Positions 62,388 to 64,000 of a DNA stretch of 64,000 nt are shown here, piece by piece. Position 1 is the first letter of the stretch; every line of letters begins with the position of its first letter. This DNA comes from Tubiluchus corallicola (lineage: Eukaryota > Animalia > Priapulida): contig JAQGDQ010000733.1 in NCBI GenBank assembly GCA_030141605.1, forward strand, positions 1 through 64,000, read 5' to 3'. The notes under the pieces were generated by a model. That model saw only the letters and a program-made list of their open reading frames with translations, did not search any database and was not told the DNA's origin. The translations under genes were made by a program, and so were the position numbers.

Positions 62388-63937
62388 AAGGTCAATATGT
62401 TTCCCAGTGACTGTGGCAGTTCAAAGTTCAAGAGCTGGTAAACCATTTCAGCATTTCTAACGTTAGATGTCTCTCACTAAAGTCACTATGTTTCCCATTG
62501 ACTGTGGCAGGTCAAAGTTCAAGAGCTGGTCAACCATTTCAGCATTTCTAACGTTAGATGTCTCTGACTAAAGTCACTATGTTTCCCAGTGACTGTGGCA
62601 GTTCAAAGTTCAAGAGCTGGTCAACCATTTCAGTATTTCTAACGTTAGACGTCTCTCGCTAAAGTCACTATGTTTCCCATTGACTGTGGCAGTTCAAAGT
62701 TCAAGAGCTGGTCAACCGTTTCAGTATTTCTAACGTTAGATGTGTCTCACTAAAGTCACTATGTTTCCCAATGGCTGTGGAAGTTCAAAGTTCAAGAGCT
62801 GGTCAACCATTTCAGTATTTCTAACGTTAGATGTGTCTCACTAAAGTCACTATGTTTCCCAGTGACTGTGGCAGTTCAAAGTTCAAGAGCTGGTCAACCA
62901 TTTCAGTATTTCTAACATAAGATGTCTCTCACTAAAGTCACTATGTTTCCCATTGACTGTGCAGGTCAAAGTTCAAGAGCTGGTCAACCATTTCAGTATT
63001 TCTAACGTTAGATGTCTCTCACTAAAGTCAATATGTTTCCCAGTGACTGTGGCAGTTCAAAGTTCAAGAGCTGGTCAACCATTTCAGTATTTCTAACGTA
63101 AGATGTCTCTCACTAAAGTCACTATGTTTCCCAGTGACTGTGGCAGTTCAAAGTTCAAGAGCTGGTCAACCATTTCAGTATTTCTAACGTTAGATGTCTC
63201 TCACTAAAGTCAATATGTTTCCCATTGACTGTGGCAGGTCAAAGTTCAAGAGCTGGTCAACCATTTCAGCATTTCTAACGTTAGATGTCTCTCACTAAAG
63301 TCAATATGTTTCCCATTGACTGTGGCAGGTCAAAGTTCAAGAGCTCGTCAACCATTTCAGTATTTCTAACGTTAGATGTGTCTCACTAAAGTCACTATGT
63401 TTCCCAGTGACTGTGGCAGTTCAAAGTTCAAGAGCTGGTCAACCATTTCAGTATTTCTAACATAAGATGTGTCTCACTAAAGTCAATATGTTTCCCATTG
63501 ACTGTGGCAGGTCAAAGTTCAAGAGCTGGTCAACCTTTTCAGCATTTCTAACGTTAGATGTCTCTCACTAAAGTCAATATGTTTCCCATTGACTGTGGAA
63601 GTTCAAAGTTCAAGAGCTGGTCAACCTTTTCAGCATTTCTAATGTTAGATGTGTCTCACTAAAGTCAATATGTTTCCCATTGACTGTGGCAGTTCAAAGT
63701 TCAAGAGCTGGTCAACCTTTTCAGCATTTCTAACGTTAGATGTGTCTCGCTAAAGTCAATATGTTTCCCAGTGACTGGGCAGTTCAAAGTTCAAGAGCTG
63801 GTCAACCATTTCAGTATTTCTAACATTAGATGTCTCTCACTAAAGTCACTATGTTTCCCATTGACTGTGGCAGGTCAAAGTTCAAGAGCTGGTCAACCTT
63901 TTCAGCATTTCTAATGTTAGATGTCTCTCACTAAAGT
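62388..63937. repeat. 91-bp tandem satellite x~17
   Basis: Period 91 (62476 to 62567); highly homogeneous units. Confidence 0.97.
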
Positions 63938-64000
63938 GATAATAAAAATCACCTAATTAGTTAGAAGTGGTGCCATTGTCGGTGAGACTTAAAGGGAAAG

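Overview
This is AT-rich, intron-rich metazoan (invertebrate-like) nuclear DNA, not prokaryotic. Two housekeeping genes sit head-to-head. (1) A complete syntaxin-5 (STX5) gene on the minus strand has 10 coding exons from 45914 to 11435, all GT-AG and phase-consistent, giving 372 aa. This includes a 63-aa Arg-rich N-terminal extension and an internal Met for a 309-aa short form. (2) The 5' part of cobalamin-dependent methionine synthase (MTR) on the plus strand has 6 coding exons from 47329 to 61915 and continues beyond the window. The two start codons are about 1.4 kb apart. Introns are packed with unrelated mini/microsatellites and non-autonomous transposons (hAT-, piggyBac-, Kolobok- and Tc1/mariner-like MITEs, solo LTRs, RTE/Rex1/other LINE ends, a tRNA-derived SINE). 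Nearly all long ORFs in the supplied track are repeat artefacts. I found no CRISPR array or convincing novel multi-gene system. The best leads are splicing-related: a triplicated STX5 splice donor that could give an alternative hydrophobic tail, transposon-borne AG|GTAAGT sites, and GTAAGT decoy arrays. The bidirectional STX5-MTR promoter and satellites nucleated at transposon junctions are also worth checking.
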